NCBI GenBank assembly: GCA_964548815.1
Contig: CAZJSD010000003.1
Span: forward strand, 11,222 to 61,508
DNA from: an uncultured Muribaculaceae bacterium
Lineage (GTDB): Bacteria > Bacillota_I > Bacilli_A > RF39 > UBA660
DNA: 50,287 nt
Direction of reading: 5' to 3'
Below the pieces are notes generated by a model, which saw only the letters and a list, made by a program, of their open reading frames with translations, made no database searches and was not told where the DNA came from. The translations under genes and the position numbers were made by a program. How positions within the stretch are numbered: position 1 is the stretch's first letter; every line of letters begins with the position of its first letter. Below, one piece after another: positions 1 through 9,446 of this stretch.

Positions 1-364
1 CAAATGTAAGCTTAACATCAAGTGGTACACTAAACTTATATGCACAAACAACAAAAGCAGCAGAAACAAGAAAAGTAAAATTCTTTGTAAATGGAAATAC
101 AAGTTTCACATATAATGGAACAAAGAAAACAGCAGATACAGAATATGATTTATGTACAATAGCAGCGACATATAATGGAACTGCACAATCAACAAGCTGT
201 AGTGCAACAGTAACAATGCCAACAATAGAGGCTCCAAGTAATACACCAACAGTAGTAGGTTGGAGTACAGCATCAGGGACACATACAGCAAGTTATACAA
301 GTGGTCAAACAAATGTAAGCTTAACATCAAGTGGTACACTAAACTTATATGCACAAACAACAAA
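1..364 (+). repeat. Intragenic direct repeat, 1-55 = 310-364 (309-bp period)
   Basis: caaatgtaagcttaacatcaagtggtacactaaacttatatgcacaaacaacaaa occurs at both positions. Confidence 0.9.
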
Positions 365-3300
365 GGCTAAAGTAACTTTAACAGCGACATTTAATTATAA
401 TAGTAATACTAATAGTGGATCATTTACTAATTCATCAGAAAATAAAACATGTGATTTAGCAGCAACTTATAATGGTACTGCTCAATCAACTAGTTGTTCA
501 GTAGACGTAGTTGGAAGAAGTAGTGTTGGTAAATATAATTCAGCATATGCAGGATACTCAACAGGATTTAATATGACATCAGCAATTGGTAAGGATGATA
601 CTACTAAAACTATAAGTGCAAATACTACTTATTATGCAATATATAGCAGTGGTGTAACAATATATTATCCAAAGACTACAACAACAAGAGATAGTTATTC
701 ATACTATAGAAATGAGTATTATAGTAGTGCAAGTGCCACAACAGCAGTAATAAATTCAACAAATACAGCAACAGGAAACTTCACATTTAGTAGTAGTGTA
801 AGTGGATATGATTTATATGGATTCCATACAGCAGCAAGTGCAAATACACAAACATATGCGAGTGTATCAGCATTAGCAGGCAGTGGAACAACAACAGCAT
901 ATGCAATTCTTTATAAATCAGTAACACCAACATTCTATTATTCTAGTGCTTCTGATGGAACAAAAGCAAGTATTCAAGGAACAGCTGCAAATCAATATAT
1001 AAGATGTACAAGTAGTGCAGCAGAAGTAAGTAATACAGACTTTACTGTACCAACGTTAAGTCCAGCAGAAGTAGCGCCATTTGGAACAGGAAGTGTAGGA
1101 TGGCAATCAAGTGCAAGTACAATAGGAAGTACTACACCAAATACTTCAAGTGCAAGTTGGTATAAATCTTATAGAGTAGCATTAGCTATATATTATCCAA
1201 ATACAAGTAATGGAGTAAGTAGTACAAGTTCAGCATTATATAGAAATTCATATTATGGAACAGGAACTAAATATACACCAGTAACTGCAACTAGCAATAC
1301 AGGTACTACACAAGCTACTAGTGTTACATTAAGTAGTTTAAAAGGAAAATTAAGCGGTATTACATCAACAGTTAATAGTACAACTCCATATGCAGTAAAT
1401 AATAGTTCACAAGTAGTTTCAAGTAGTTCAACTATTTATTACGCTGTAACTGCAGGTAGTGAGAATGTAACATTCCACTATAATAGTAGTTCAACAATTG
1501 GAACATTTACTGATGCAACGACTACAATTAGTTTAACAAGCATATATTATTGTAGTAGTTCAAGTGCAATGGGTACAAGTCATGGAACAACAACAAGTGT
1601 ACCAAGTGTTGTAAGTTCAAGTAAAGGAAAATACGGAAGTAATGATTCTATTGAATTTAGAAATAATTACGGTTATACTATTCTTCCAACAACAACTTTT
1701 GTAGCAGGTCAAACATATTATCCAATGTATGGAGAATCCATAACTTACCATATCCCATTAACAACAACAACAAGTTCATCATCAGTTTTCCCAAGATATG
1801 AATATTATGATAGTAGTAGTACAATGAAAGCAGAAGTATATCCAATGTCTACAATGACAATTATAGATGGATATAATTTCTATGGATATGCAACATCATA
1901 TGGTACAAATTCTGTTACATATGCAACTGATAATGACCTAGCAAATAGCACTACAACAGAAGTATATATATTATTATATAAATCAGTAACACCAACATTC
2001 TATTACTATAATGGATCAGCACAAGCAAGTGTAAATGGAACAGCAGCAAATCAATATATAAGATGTACAAGTAGTGCAGCAGAAATAAGTAATTCAAGCT
2101 TCTCAGTACCAACAACAGTAAGTAATAGTACAGGTGTTAAGGGAGAAGCATACGCAGGAGTTTCAGCATCATCTGGAAGCACAACAGCAGCAACCCTAAA
2201 TACAGCAACTTCAACATATTATGCATACTATACAGGAAATGTTAATGATACAGTAACAGCAACATTCTACTATAATAGTGGAACAGGAAATGGAACACTT
2301 ACAGTAGCAACAAAACAAGCAAGTGGAACACAAGTAAATAATTATACAAGTACAACAAATGGAACAACATATAGTGCAACAAAGAATAGTAAAGTAAGTG
2401 ATGGAGCAATAACTGTTCCAACAGAAGTAAGTGGAAGTAAAGGTAGATATGGAAGTACGTATGCAGGAGTATCAGCTGGATTTAATATGACAGCAGCAAC
2501 AGTAAATACAGTAACAACAACATACTATGCATTCTATAGTAAATCAGTAGATATCTATTATCCAAAGACAGCAACAACAAGAGATAAATATTCATACTAT
2601 AGAAATGAATACTTTACAAGTGCAAGTGCTATGACTTCAGTAATAAATTCAACAAATACAGCAACAGGAAACTTCACATTTAGTAGTAGTGTAAGTGGAT
2701 ATGATTTATATGGATTCCATACAGCAGCAAGTGCAAATACACAAACATATGCGAGTGTATCAGCATTAGCAGGCAGTGGAACAACAACAGCATATGCAAT
2801 TCTTTATAAATCAGTAACACCAACATTCTATTATTCTAGTGCTTCTGATGGAACAAAAGCAAGTATTCAAGGAACAGCTGCAAATCAATATATAAGATGT
2901 ACAAGTAGTGCAGCAGAAGTAAGTAATACAGACTTTACTGTACCAACGTTAAGTCCAGCAGAAGTAGCGCCATTTGGAACAGGAAGTGTAGGATGGCAAT
3001 CAAGTGCAAGTACAATAGGAAGTACTACACCAAATACTTCAAGTGCAAGTTGGTATAAATCTTATAGAGTAGCATTAGCTATATATTATCCAAATACAAG
3101 TAATGGAGTAAGTAGTACAAGTTCAGCATTATATAGAAATTCATATTATGGAACAGGAACTAAATATACACCAGTAACTGCAACTAGCAATACTGGTACT
3201 ACACAAGCAACTAGTGTTACATTAAGTAGTTTAAAAGGAACATTTAATGGAATAACATCAACAGTTAATAGTACAACTTCATATGCAGTAAATAATAGTT

Positions 3301-5342
3301 CACAAGTAGTTTCAAGTAGTTCAACTATATACTATGCAGTAACAACAGCAAGTGAAGATGCAACATTCCATTATAATAGCAATACTGTTAGTGGGTCATT
3401 TAATGACGCTACTGCTACAAGCAGTGTAACAAGTACATATTACTGTGGAAGTACTAGTTCAATGTATACGGATCATGGAACAACAACAAGTGTACCAAAC
3501 GCAGTAAGTAGCAGTGTAGGTAAATATAATAGCGCATATAAAGGAATAAGTAGTTCAAGTACAACAATAACAACTGCTACAGAGTTTAAAGGTGGGTCGT
3601 CATACTATGCATATTATAGTAATAATAGTCAAATAACTATTTATTATCCAAAGACGTCAACCACAAGAGATACTTATTTATTTTACAGAAATGAATTCTA
3701 TAGTAGTAGTACTGAAATGAAAGCAGTAATAAATACACAACAGACATCAACAACATCTTATTCAATTTCTAGTTCTGTTAGTGGATATTATGTTTATGGA
3801 TTAGCTACTGAAGCAAGTACAAATACAAAATCATATAATTATTTATCGAACTTAGCAGAAAGCGATATCACAACAGCATATGCAATATTATATAAATCAG
3901 TAACACCAAAATTCTATTATTCAAGTTCTAATACAGGTACAAGATCATATGTTCAAGGTAATAATGCAAATAGTTATATAAGGTGTACAGCTAGTGCAGC
4001 AGAAACAATTGAGACAAACTTTACTATACCATCATTAAATCCTATAGAAGTAACTCCTTATGGAACGTCCAGTGTTGGATGGTCAAGTAGCTCTAGTTCA
4101 ATTTCAAGTGAAACTCCAAATACATCAAGCGCAAACTGGTATAAATCATATCAAGCGAGTGTTACAAATTATTATCCAAATAGTACAAGTACTGTAACGA
4201 GTCAAACATTATATAGAAATTCAATTGGAAATGATAGTACTTATACGACAGTATTATCAGATAGTTCTAGTGGAACAAGTAACTTTACACCATATACTCA
4301 ATCAATATATGATGGTTATGATCCATATATTACTTTATGTACGGCAGTTAGTGGAGGAGGTACATGTGATAAGATAAGTGATGCTGCAAAAACATCAACA
4401 ACAATCTTTTATCAAAAAGCATATTATCTTCCTACTTTAAAGTTTTATTATAACAGTAACTCAACAAGCGGATCCACTACGATAAAAAATACATCTGCTC
4501 AAGGTGCTATATATTTATGGCCTGTTAGTACAACAACCGCTGGTTTTTCAGGAAGTATTAACATACCTTCTACAGTTTCTAACAGTGTAGGTACCTATAA
4601 TAATCAATATGCTGGTTTAGCAAGTACAACTGGAACTATGAATACTGGAGATTATCCATATGCAGGGGTAACGTATTATGCAGTATATAGTTCAGCTGGT
4701 TCAAGCACTTCAGATGATGTAACAAATTATTATTACAATGGTAGTTCATACACAAGTAGGACTCTATATCGTAATCAATGGTTTACTTCAACATCTGCTA
4801 TGTCTGATTCAGTATTAAGTACAAGTGCAACAGGAACAAGTAATTATACTACTTCAACAGGACCTGGAAGTTCAGCATGGAGTGGATTATCAACAGCACA
4901 AGATACAACTGCTGAATATGCAACGGTATCTGCTGCAGCTAATAGTAGTTCAAAAACATTGTATACAATATATCAATTTAATGTTAATTATGCTAAAGGA
5001 AGTAATGTTTCAGGTATAGGCGCATCAACTGGTTCATGTAAAGTAACAACATCTAGTACTTCATGTAGTGTAGTATTACCAACCATTACACCAAATTCTG
5101 GATATGCATCAGTTGGTTGGAATACAACAAGTGGCGCAACAAGTGGAACAGCTGTAGGTGCTTCATATTCACTAAGTACAAGTGGTATTACTTTATATGC
5201 AAATGCAGTTGCGGTATGGGCAGAGAATCTATCATATACTAATAATTCATCATTGACTAATGCATCAGGTACAGCATGTACAGATGCACAATGTGCATTA
5301 GATGCAATAGCAAGAATACTTCATAATGCAGGAGCATATTAA
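3..5342 (+). CDS. Giant Ser/Thr/Tyr-rich repetitive surface protein, 5'-truncated by the window edge
   Basis: Frame is open from position 3 (NVSLTSSGTLNLYAQTTK...), so the ATG at 216 is internal. Repeated modules (TPTFYY, IYYP..YRN, YIRCTSSAAE) and a C-terminal ENLSY...DAQCALDAI motif. Confidence 0.85.
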   Translation, partial: NVSLTSSGTLNLYAQTTKAAETRKVKFFVNGNTSFTYNGTKKTADTEYDLCTIAATYNGTAQSTSCSATVTMPTIEAPSNTPTVVGWSTASGTHTASYTSGQTNVSLTSSGTLNLYAQTTKAKVTLTATFNYNSNTNSGSFTNSSENKTCDLAATYNGTAQSTSCSVDVVGRSSVGKYNSAYAGYSTGFNMTSAIGKDDTTKTISANTTYYAIYSSGVTIYYPKTTTTRDSYSYYRNEYYSSASATTAVINSTNTATGNFTFSSSVSGYDLYGFHTAASANTQTYASVSALAGSGTTTAYAILYKSVTPTFYYSSASDGTKASIQGTAANQYIRCTSSAAEVSNTDFTVPTLSPAEVAPFGTGSVGWQSSASTIGSTTPNTSSASWYKSYRVALAIYYPNTSNGVSSTSSALYRNSYYGTGTKYTPVTATSNTGTTQATSVTLSSLKGKLSGITSTVNSTTPYAVNNSSQVVSSSSTIYYAVTAGSENVTFHYNSSSTIGTFTDATTTISLTSIYYCSSSSAMGTSHGTTTSVPSVVSSSKGKYGSNDSIEFRNNYGYTILPTTTFVAGQTYYPMYGESITYHIPLTTTTSSSSVFPRYEYYDSSSTMKAEVYPMSTMTIIDGYNFYGYATSYGTNSVTYATDNDLANSTTTEVYILLYKSVTPTFYYYNGSAQASVNGTAANQYIRCTSSAAEISNSSFSVPTTVSNSTGVKGEAYAGVSASSGSTTAATLNTATSTYYAYYTGNVNDTVTATFYYNSGTGNGTLTVATKQASGTQVNNYTSTTNGTTYSATKNSKVSDGAITVPTEVSGSKGRYGSTYAGVSAGFNMTAATVNTVTTTYYAFYSKSVDIYYPKTATTRDKYSYYRNEYFTSASAMTSVINSTNTATGNFTFSSSVSGYDLYGFHTAASANTQTYASVSALAGSGTTTAYAILYKSVTPTFYYSSASDGTKASIQGTAANQYIRCTSSAAEVSNTDFTVPTLSPAEVAPFGTGSVGWQSSASTIGSTTPNTSSASWYKSYRVALAIYYPNTSNGVSSTSSALYRNSYYGTGTKYTPVTATSNTGTTQATSVTLSSLKGTFNGITSTVNSTTSYAVNNSSQVVSSSSTIYYAVTTASEDATFHYNSNTVSGSFNDATATSSVTSTYYCGSTSSMYTDHGTTTSVPNAVSSSVGKYNSAYKGISSSSTTITTATEFKGGSSYYAYYSNNSQITIYYPKTSTTRDTYLFYRNEFYSSSTEMKAVINTQQTSTTSYSISSSVSGYYVYGLATEASTNTKSYNYLSNLAESDITTAYAILYKSVTPKFYYSSSNTGTRSYVQGNNANSYIRCTASAAETIETNFTIPSLNPIEVTPYGTSSVGWSSSSSSISSETPNTSSANWYKSYQASVTNYYPNSTSTVTSQTLYRNSIGNDSTYTTVLSDSSSGTSNFTPYTQSIYDGYDPYITLCTAVSGGGTCDKISDAAKTSTTIFYQKAYYLPTLKFYYNSNSTSGSTTIKNTSAQGAIYLWPVSTTTAGFSGSINIPSTVSNSVGTYNNQYAGLASTTGTMNTGDYPYAGVTYYAVYSSAGSSTSDDVTNYYYNGSSYTSRTLYRNQWFTSTSAMSDSVLSTSATGTSNYTTSTGPGSSAWSGLSTAQDTTAEYATVSAAANSSSKTLYTIYQFNVNYAKGSNVSGIGASTGSCKVTTSSTSCSVVLPTITPNSGYASVGWNTTSGATSGTAVGASYSLSTSGITLYANAVAVWAENLSYTNNSSLTNASGTACTDAQCALDAIARILHNAGAY
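745..3336 (+). repeat. Near-identical ~0.7 kb intragenic duplication (745-~1443 vs 2638-~3336, offset 1893 bp)
   Basis: Looks identical by eye from 745/2638 to about 1300/3193, then scattered differences. A diverged third copy lies near 3640-4220. Confidence 0.9.
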
Positions 5343-5402
5343 CGGTTCTAGATAATCGATTATATATTAACTGATGTGAAAATATATGATAGCAGAACTT
5401 AG

Positions 5403-5431
5403 GAGAGAACTGAGATAATCAGCTCTCTTTT
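5403..5431 (+). terminator. Putative intrinsic terminator after the giant surface protein
   Basis: Imperfect stem gagagaactga...tcagctctc followed by tttt. Confidence 0.5.
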
Positions 5432-5604
5432 ACAGTTCTAGATAATTTGGTGTGGAGTAAGGAATCAATTATATTGATTTCTTTTTTCCAACTTATTATA
5501 TAATTAAGGTAATTTTATAAGGATAGAAAACAAATAAGTTTATTAAGTAATTATTATAATGATATGGATAATTGGTATAAATATAAAAAAATATAATAAT
5601 TATA

Positions 5605-5633
5605 TTGAAGAAAAAGTAGTTAAATGATACAAT
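5605..5633 (+). promoter_or_regulatory. Sigma-A-type promoter for the three-paralog operon
   Basis: TTGAAG-17 bp-TACAAT with an extended -10 TG. Confidence 0.6.
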
Positions 5634-5705
5634 AATTATAAGAATAATAAAAGAAAAAATGATAGATTTATAAAATGATATAAGATATATGAAAAAGGTG
5701 ATTTT

Positions 5706-6293
5706 ATGAATAAGAAAAAAGTATTGTTTGGAATAATTATTATTATATTAACAATAGTAATAAGTGTATCTACTTCATTTGCTGCTACTACATTATTTGC
5801 TTCTAGTGAAGTAAGTTATGCTCCTGGTACCAAGGAAATAACTTCTACTAATGTGCAAGGAGCAATTGATGAACTAGCTACTTATGCTAACCATTACAGT
5901 GGATTAGATAGTAGAATTGATGCTTTGGAAACAATTTTTTCAAATATGGGAAAAGGACCTATTGATACTCCTGCTGCTGTTTCAGTTAGTAATAATACAA
6001 AAACAACTGTAGCTACTATCACAATAACTAATCCAGGAGTATATATAGTTATAGGTACAGCAAGATTTAATGCAAACGCTACTGGTACTAGAAGAGTATT
6101 CTTAAATAATTCAAAAGAAACTAATTTAGATTCAATTGATTCTTCAAAAGCAACAAGTGGAACATATACTTCATTAGCAACATCTCGTTTTTATAATGTT
6201 ACGAGTTCTACTACCTTTACTCTTCAGGCATATCAAAATAGTGGAGGTGCTTTAACAGTAAATGGACGTTTAGTTTCAATCAGATTAAAATAA
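5706..6293 (+). CDS. Secreted protein with coiled-coil stalk and C1q/TNF-like beta head (paralog 1)
   Basis: Signal peptide ending SFA, NVQGAIDEL and LDSRIDALE heptads, C-terminal G.Y.V.G.A.F...YQNSGGALTV...IRLK. Confidence 0.7.
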   Translation: MNKKKVLFGIIIIILTIVISVSTSFAATTLFASSEVSYAPGTKEITSTNVQGAIDELATYANHYSGLDSRIDALETIFSNMGKGPIDTPAAVSVSNNTKTTVATITITNPGVYIVIGTARFNANATGTRRVFLNNSKETNLDSIDSSKATSGTYTSLATSRFYNVTSSTTFTLQAYQNSGGALTVNGRLVSIRLK

Positions 6294-6309
6294 AAAAGGG
6301 GAGAATTCT

Positions 6310-6930
6310 ATGAAAAATATAATTAAAGAAAATCTATTATTTTTGATTATTGTTATCGCTTTTGTATTGCTAATAAGTGCTAGTACCACATATGCTGCAA
6401 TTTTATTTGATTCAGCAAATGTTAATTATAATAATACATCAAGTGGATTATCCGCAACTAAAGTGCAGGACGCAATTGATGAATTGTATACTAAAGGAAC
6501 TGATTATACCACTTTAGAAAGCAGAACTACTACTTTAGAAACAAAAAATAGCAATTTTGCTACTTTTAAATACTCATCACCATCAGCTAAATCTATTGCA
6601 TCTAATTCGTCTACTTTTTACTATACAGGAGCTTCTGTTCAGTTGACAGCGGGGACCTGGTTAGTAGCGGCTAGTGGAGGTTTTGCCTCAACTTCAACTT
6701 CTGGGCATAGGTATATAATAATGTATGAGGAAGACACATGTTCTACTTCTGTGGGAGGAATTCTTGGAACAACAGTTGTTCCTGCGGTATCTACCACTAA
6801 TAGCACTATCATAGGTTTTGCTAGTATTTTAGAACCAACATCGACTCAGACATTTTATCTTTGTGCTAGACAAAATAGTGGTAGTGCTTTAAATGTTACG
6901 CCAGCAATTATTGCTATTAAAATAAAATAA
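6310..6930 (+). CDS. Secreted protein with stalk and C1q/TNF-like head (paralog 2)
   Basis: GGGGAG RBS, signal peptide ending TYA, KVQDAIDELY, LESRTTTLE, RQNSGSALNV...IKIK. Confidence 0.7.
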   Translation: MKNIIKENLLFLIIVIAFVLLISASTTYAAILFDSANVNYNNTSSGLSATKVQDAIDELYTKGTDYTTLESRTTTLETKNSNFATFKYSSPSAKSIASNSSTFYYTGASVQLTAGTWLVAASGGFASTSTSGHRYIIMYEEDTCSTSVGGILGTTVVPAVSTTNSTIIGFASILEPTSTQTFYLCARQNSGSALNVTPAIIAIKIK

Positions 6931-6940
6931 GGAGATGTTT

Positions 6941-7543
6941 ATGAAGATAAGATTTACAAAAAGAAAATTACTATTGTTATTAATGGTTGCAGTCACTAGT
7001 ATTTTATCGACTATTATAACAACTAATTATATAAATTCAAATAAAAAGGGTAATAGTATTAAGAGCCCAAGCAAGGAGTTATCTACTGTTGCATCGGAAT
7101 ATACTAGTTTAGATAATAGGTTAACATCATTGGAAAGTAGTGTTGACCATATAAGTAAACAAAATGTAATAAATCCTCTTACATCAGTAACTGTTCCTTC
7201 AGGGTCATGGAAGTTAGTAACCGGATTAATTCTTGAAGAAAGTGGGACGTATCTTTTAGTTGGACATTTTTACTTCTCTTCAAATGATACAGGACTTAGA
7301 GCTTTAAGAATTACTAAGGAAGAACAATCTACTCCAGGGGTATGTGCAGGTAGTTCTAGTTCATGTTCTACCACTGTTGGTAGAATGGGGATAAAACATC
7401 ACTCGGCACCAGCTACAGGTATATCTACAAGTATAGCAAGAATAAATATATCTACTCAAACATGTGTCTGGATTTGTGCTTACCAAAATAGTGGGTCTTC
7501 TTTAAATGGTAATGGTTATATGGAAGGTGTAAGATTAAAATAG
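6941..7543 (+). CDS. Membrane-anchored or secreted protein with stalk and C1q/TNF-like head (paralog 3)
   Basis: GGAG at 6931 favours the ATG at 6941. N-terminal hydrophobic stretch, LDNRLTSLE, YQNSGSSLNG...VRLK. Confidence 0.7.
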   Translation: MKIRFTKRKLLLLLMVAVTSILSTIITTNYINSNKKGNSIKSPSKELSTVASEYTSLDNRLTSLESSVDHISKQNVINPLTSVTVPSGSWKLVTGLILEESGTYLLVGHFYFSSNDTGLRALRITKEEQSTPGVCAGSSSSCSTTVGRMGIKHHSAPATGISTSIARINISTQTCVWICAYQNSGSSLNGNGYMEGVRLK

Positions 7544-7567
7544 ATATAAATAATGTTTCTAGATAAT

Positions 7568-7602
7568 ATAGATTGATTTATTCAATCTATTTTTGTTATA
7601 AT
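7568..7602 (+). terminator. Terminator hairpin overlapping an extended -10 promoter for the next gene
   Basis: atagattga-tttat-tcaatctat-tttt followed by TGtTATAAT. Confidence 0.55.
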
Positions 7603-7618
7603 TTTAATAGGTGAAAAT

Positions 7619-8515
7619 ATGAAGAAGAAAGTAATATATATTCTTATATTATTAAGTACTATTGTTATTACAAGTTTTTTGGTTATTAATAATATATTTG
7701 ATAAGATATATTTTTTTATTAATTATAATATTATGTCTATTAGTAATAAAGAATATAAGTATGATAATTATTCTAGTAAAGTTAAGTTAACTAAAGATTT
7801 TAATGCTTCTAGTAAAGATGAATTATTAAATGTTTATTATACTTATTTAGATAGTGGTTTTAATGATTTTTCTTTTTATTGTGATTATAGTGCTTGCTTA
7901 GATGATATTAAGGAATTATCAGATGATAAAGAGTTATTTACTTATATTAATCAGTTAGTGCATCCATATAATTCATATAGAGTAATTGATTCTAGTTATA
8001 ATGAATCAGGTAAAGTTAAGGTTTTTATTAAGAAGAAGTATTCTAAAGAAGATATAGATAAGATTAATGATAAGATGGATGAGTTATTTGATAGACTTAA
8101 TATTGATAGTTATTCTAATGTTAAAGATAAGATAAGAGTATTTCATGATTTCCTTGTGGAAAAGAATAGATATGATAACGCTAAAGAGATTGATATATCT
8201 AATTATAATTCTGACAGAGCCATAGGTCCTTTATTTGAGGGATATGCGACATGTAATGGGTATAGTGATGCGATGAGTATATTCTTAGATAAGTTAAATC
8301 TAGATAATATTAAAATAGTAGAAGGTAATCATGCATGGAATGCGGTTAAAATAGATGGTAAATGGTATCATATAGATATTACATGGGATGATCCTGTATT
8401 TAAGAATAATAAAGAAATATTACATGATTATTTGTTAGTTACTACTGATGAGTTACTAGATAAAGATAAGAGTATGCATAATTTTAATAAGGAATTATAT
8501 GATTTTATAAAATAA
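7619..8515 (+). CDS. Transglutaminase-like domain protein with N-terminal membrane anchor
   Basis: Cys-His-Asp triad motifs ATCNGYS, HAWN and DITWDD. Confidence 0.85.
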   Translation: MKKKVIYILILLSTIVITSFLVINNIFDKIYFFINYNIMSISNKEYKYDNYSSKVKLTKDFNASSKDELLNVYYTYLDSGFNDFSFYCDYSACLDDIKELSDDKELFTYINQLVHPYNSYRVIDSSYNESGKVKVFIKKKYSKEDIDKINDKMDELFDRLNIDSYSNVKDKIRVFHDFLVEKNRYDNAKEIDISNYNSDRAIGPLFEGYATCNGYSDAMSIFLDKLNLDNIKIVEGNHAWNAVKIDGKWYHIDITWDDPVFKNNKEILHDYLLVTTDELLDKDKSMHNFNKELYDFIK

Positions 8516-8542
8516 AAATGAGAGTTTTTTTAACTCTCATTT
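8516..8542. terminator. Bidirectional terminator between convergent genes
   Basis: aaatgagagtt-ttttt-aactctcattt. Confidence 0.65.
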
Positions 8543-8690
8543 ATTATCTAAATACGAGATATTTGGACAATAAAAAAGGGATAACCTTCCTTCTTTAATT
8601 TATTTTTATTTTTTTATCTCGCTATTATATTATATAATATTTTTTACTTATTTAAAAGATTAAATATGAAAAAATTTAGTAGAATTAGTA

Positions 8691-9020
8691 CTAAAAATTA
8701 ATGTAATTAATTTTTTCGTCAAATTCAACATAATTTAAATATATCATAAGAATAAGATACCACTTACCTGTATTAGGATTACTAATTATTAAATGATCTC
8801 TAGCGGCTTGTTCTACAATACCAGTAAATACAGTATCTCTCCATTCGTTTGAATCAGGAAAAGTGCAATAGAACTTCCCTAATTTTCCTTTATTTAGTCT
8901 TAGAATATTCTCTATATATGATTGTTCATTAAATAAAGAATTACCCGCAGTAGGAGCGTATTCTTGATTTGGATATCCAGCTGCTGTTTGATAATTTGGA
9001 TAGTAACTATTATTATTCAT
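8691..9020 (-). CDS. gerQ: Spore coat protein GerQ
   Basis: EQSYIENILRLNKGK...EQAARDHLIISNP.TGKWYL.LMIYLNYVEFDE.INY matches the GerQ signature. AAAGGA RBS. Confidence 0.9.
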   Translation of the reverse strand: MNNNSYYPNYQTAAGYPNQEYAPTAGNSLFNEQSYIENILRLNKGKLGKFYCTFPDSNEWRDTVFTGIVEQAARDHLIISNPNTGKWYLILMIYLNYVEFDEKINYINF

Positions 9021-9150
9021 AAAATCATCCTTTCTATTATAACTTATTATAAAAAAAATATATTATTACACGTAAAGTAATAATTTTTTTAATAAATTTC
9101 TTGATATTTATATTTTTTAATGAAATAATAATATAAAGAGGTGTATAAGA

Positions 9151-9444
9151 ATGGAAGAAAATTTTGAATTAAAAAATGAAGAAGAGGTTTTTGATAATAC
9201 ATTGACTGTAACAGATGAAAATAATATTCCTGTTACTATTGAAGTGCTTGATATTTTTAAATTAGATCAATATCCAGATAAAGAATACATTTTCTATACT
9301 AAGAATGAAGAAGAAGGGGAATATTTAAAAACTTATGTTTCTATATTAAATGAACAAGAAGAAACAGCGTCATTAGATGCAATTGAAGATGAGGCAGAAT
9401 TTAATCTTGTTCAACAATATATTAATAATCAGGCAGGTGAATAA
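9151..9444 (+). CDS. DUF1292-like small acidic protein
   Basis: Acidic protein with LTVTDE...KEY..YT...L..IEDEAEF..V pattern. GAGGTG RBS. Confidence 0.7.
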   Translation: MEENFELKNEEEVFDNTLTVTDENNIPVTIEVLDIFKLDQYPDKEYIFYTKNEEEGEYLKTYVSILNEQEETASLDAIEDEAEFNLVQQYINNQAGE

Positions 9445-9446
9445 TA

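Noticed and set aside
745-3336. Diversity-generating retroelement TR/VR pair
   Set aside because: Both copies are in-frame within one gene, the mismatches are not adenine-specific in one direction, and there is no reverse transcriptase in the window.
5345-5372. dif/Xer site or integron attC
   Set aside because: Only partially palindromic, a poor match to the XerC/XerD arms or GTTRRRY boxes, and no tyrosine recombinase nearby.
5706-7543. Prophage tail-fibre remnants
   Set aside because: The ORFs have Sec-type N-terminal hydrophobic segments, and no phage structural genes are nearby.
9021-9100. Sigma-E promoter upstream of gerQ
   Set aside because: The sequence is too AT-rich for the weak match to be meaningful.
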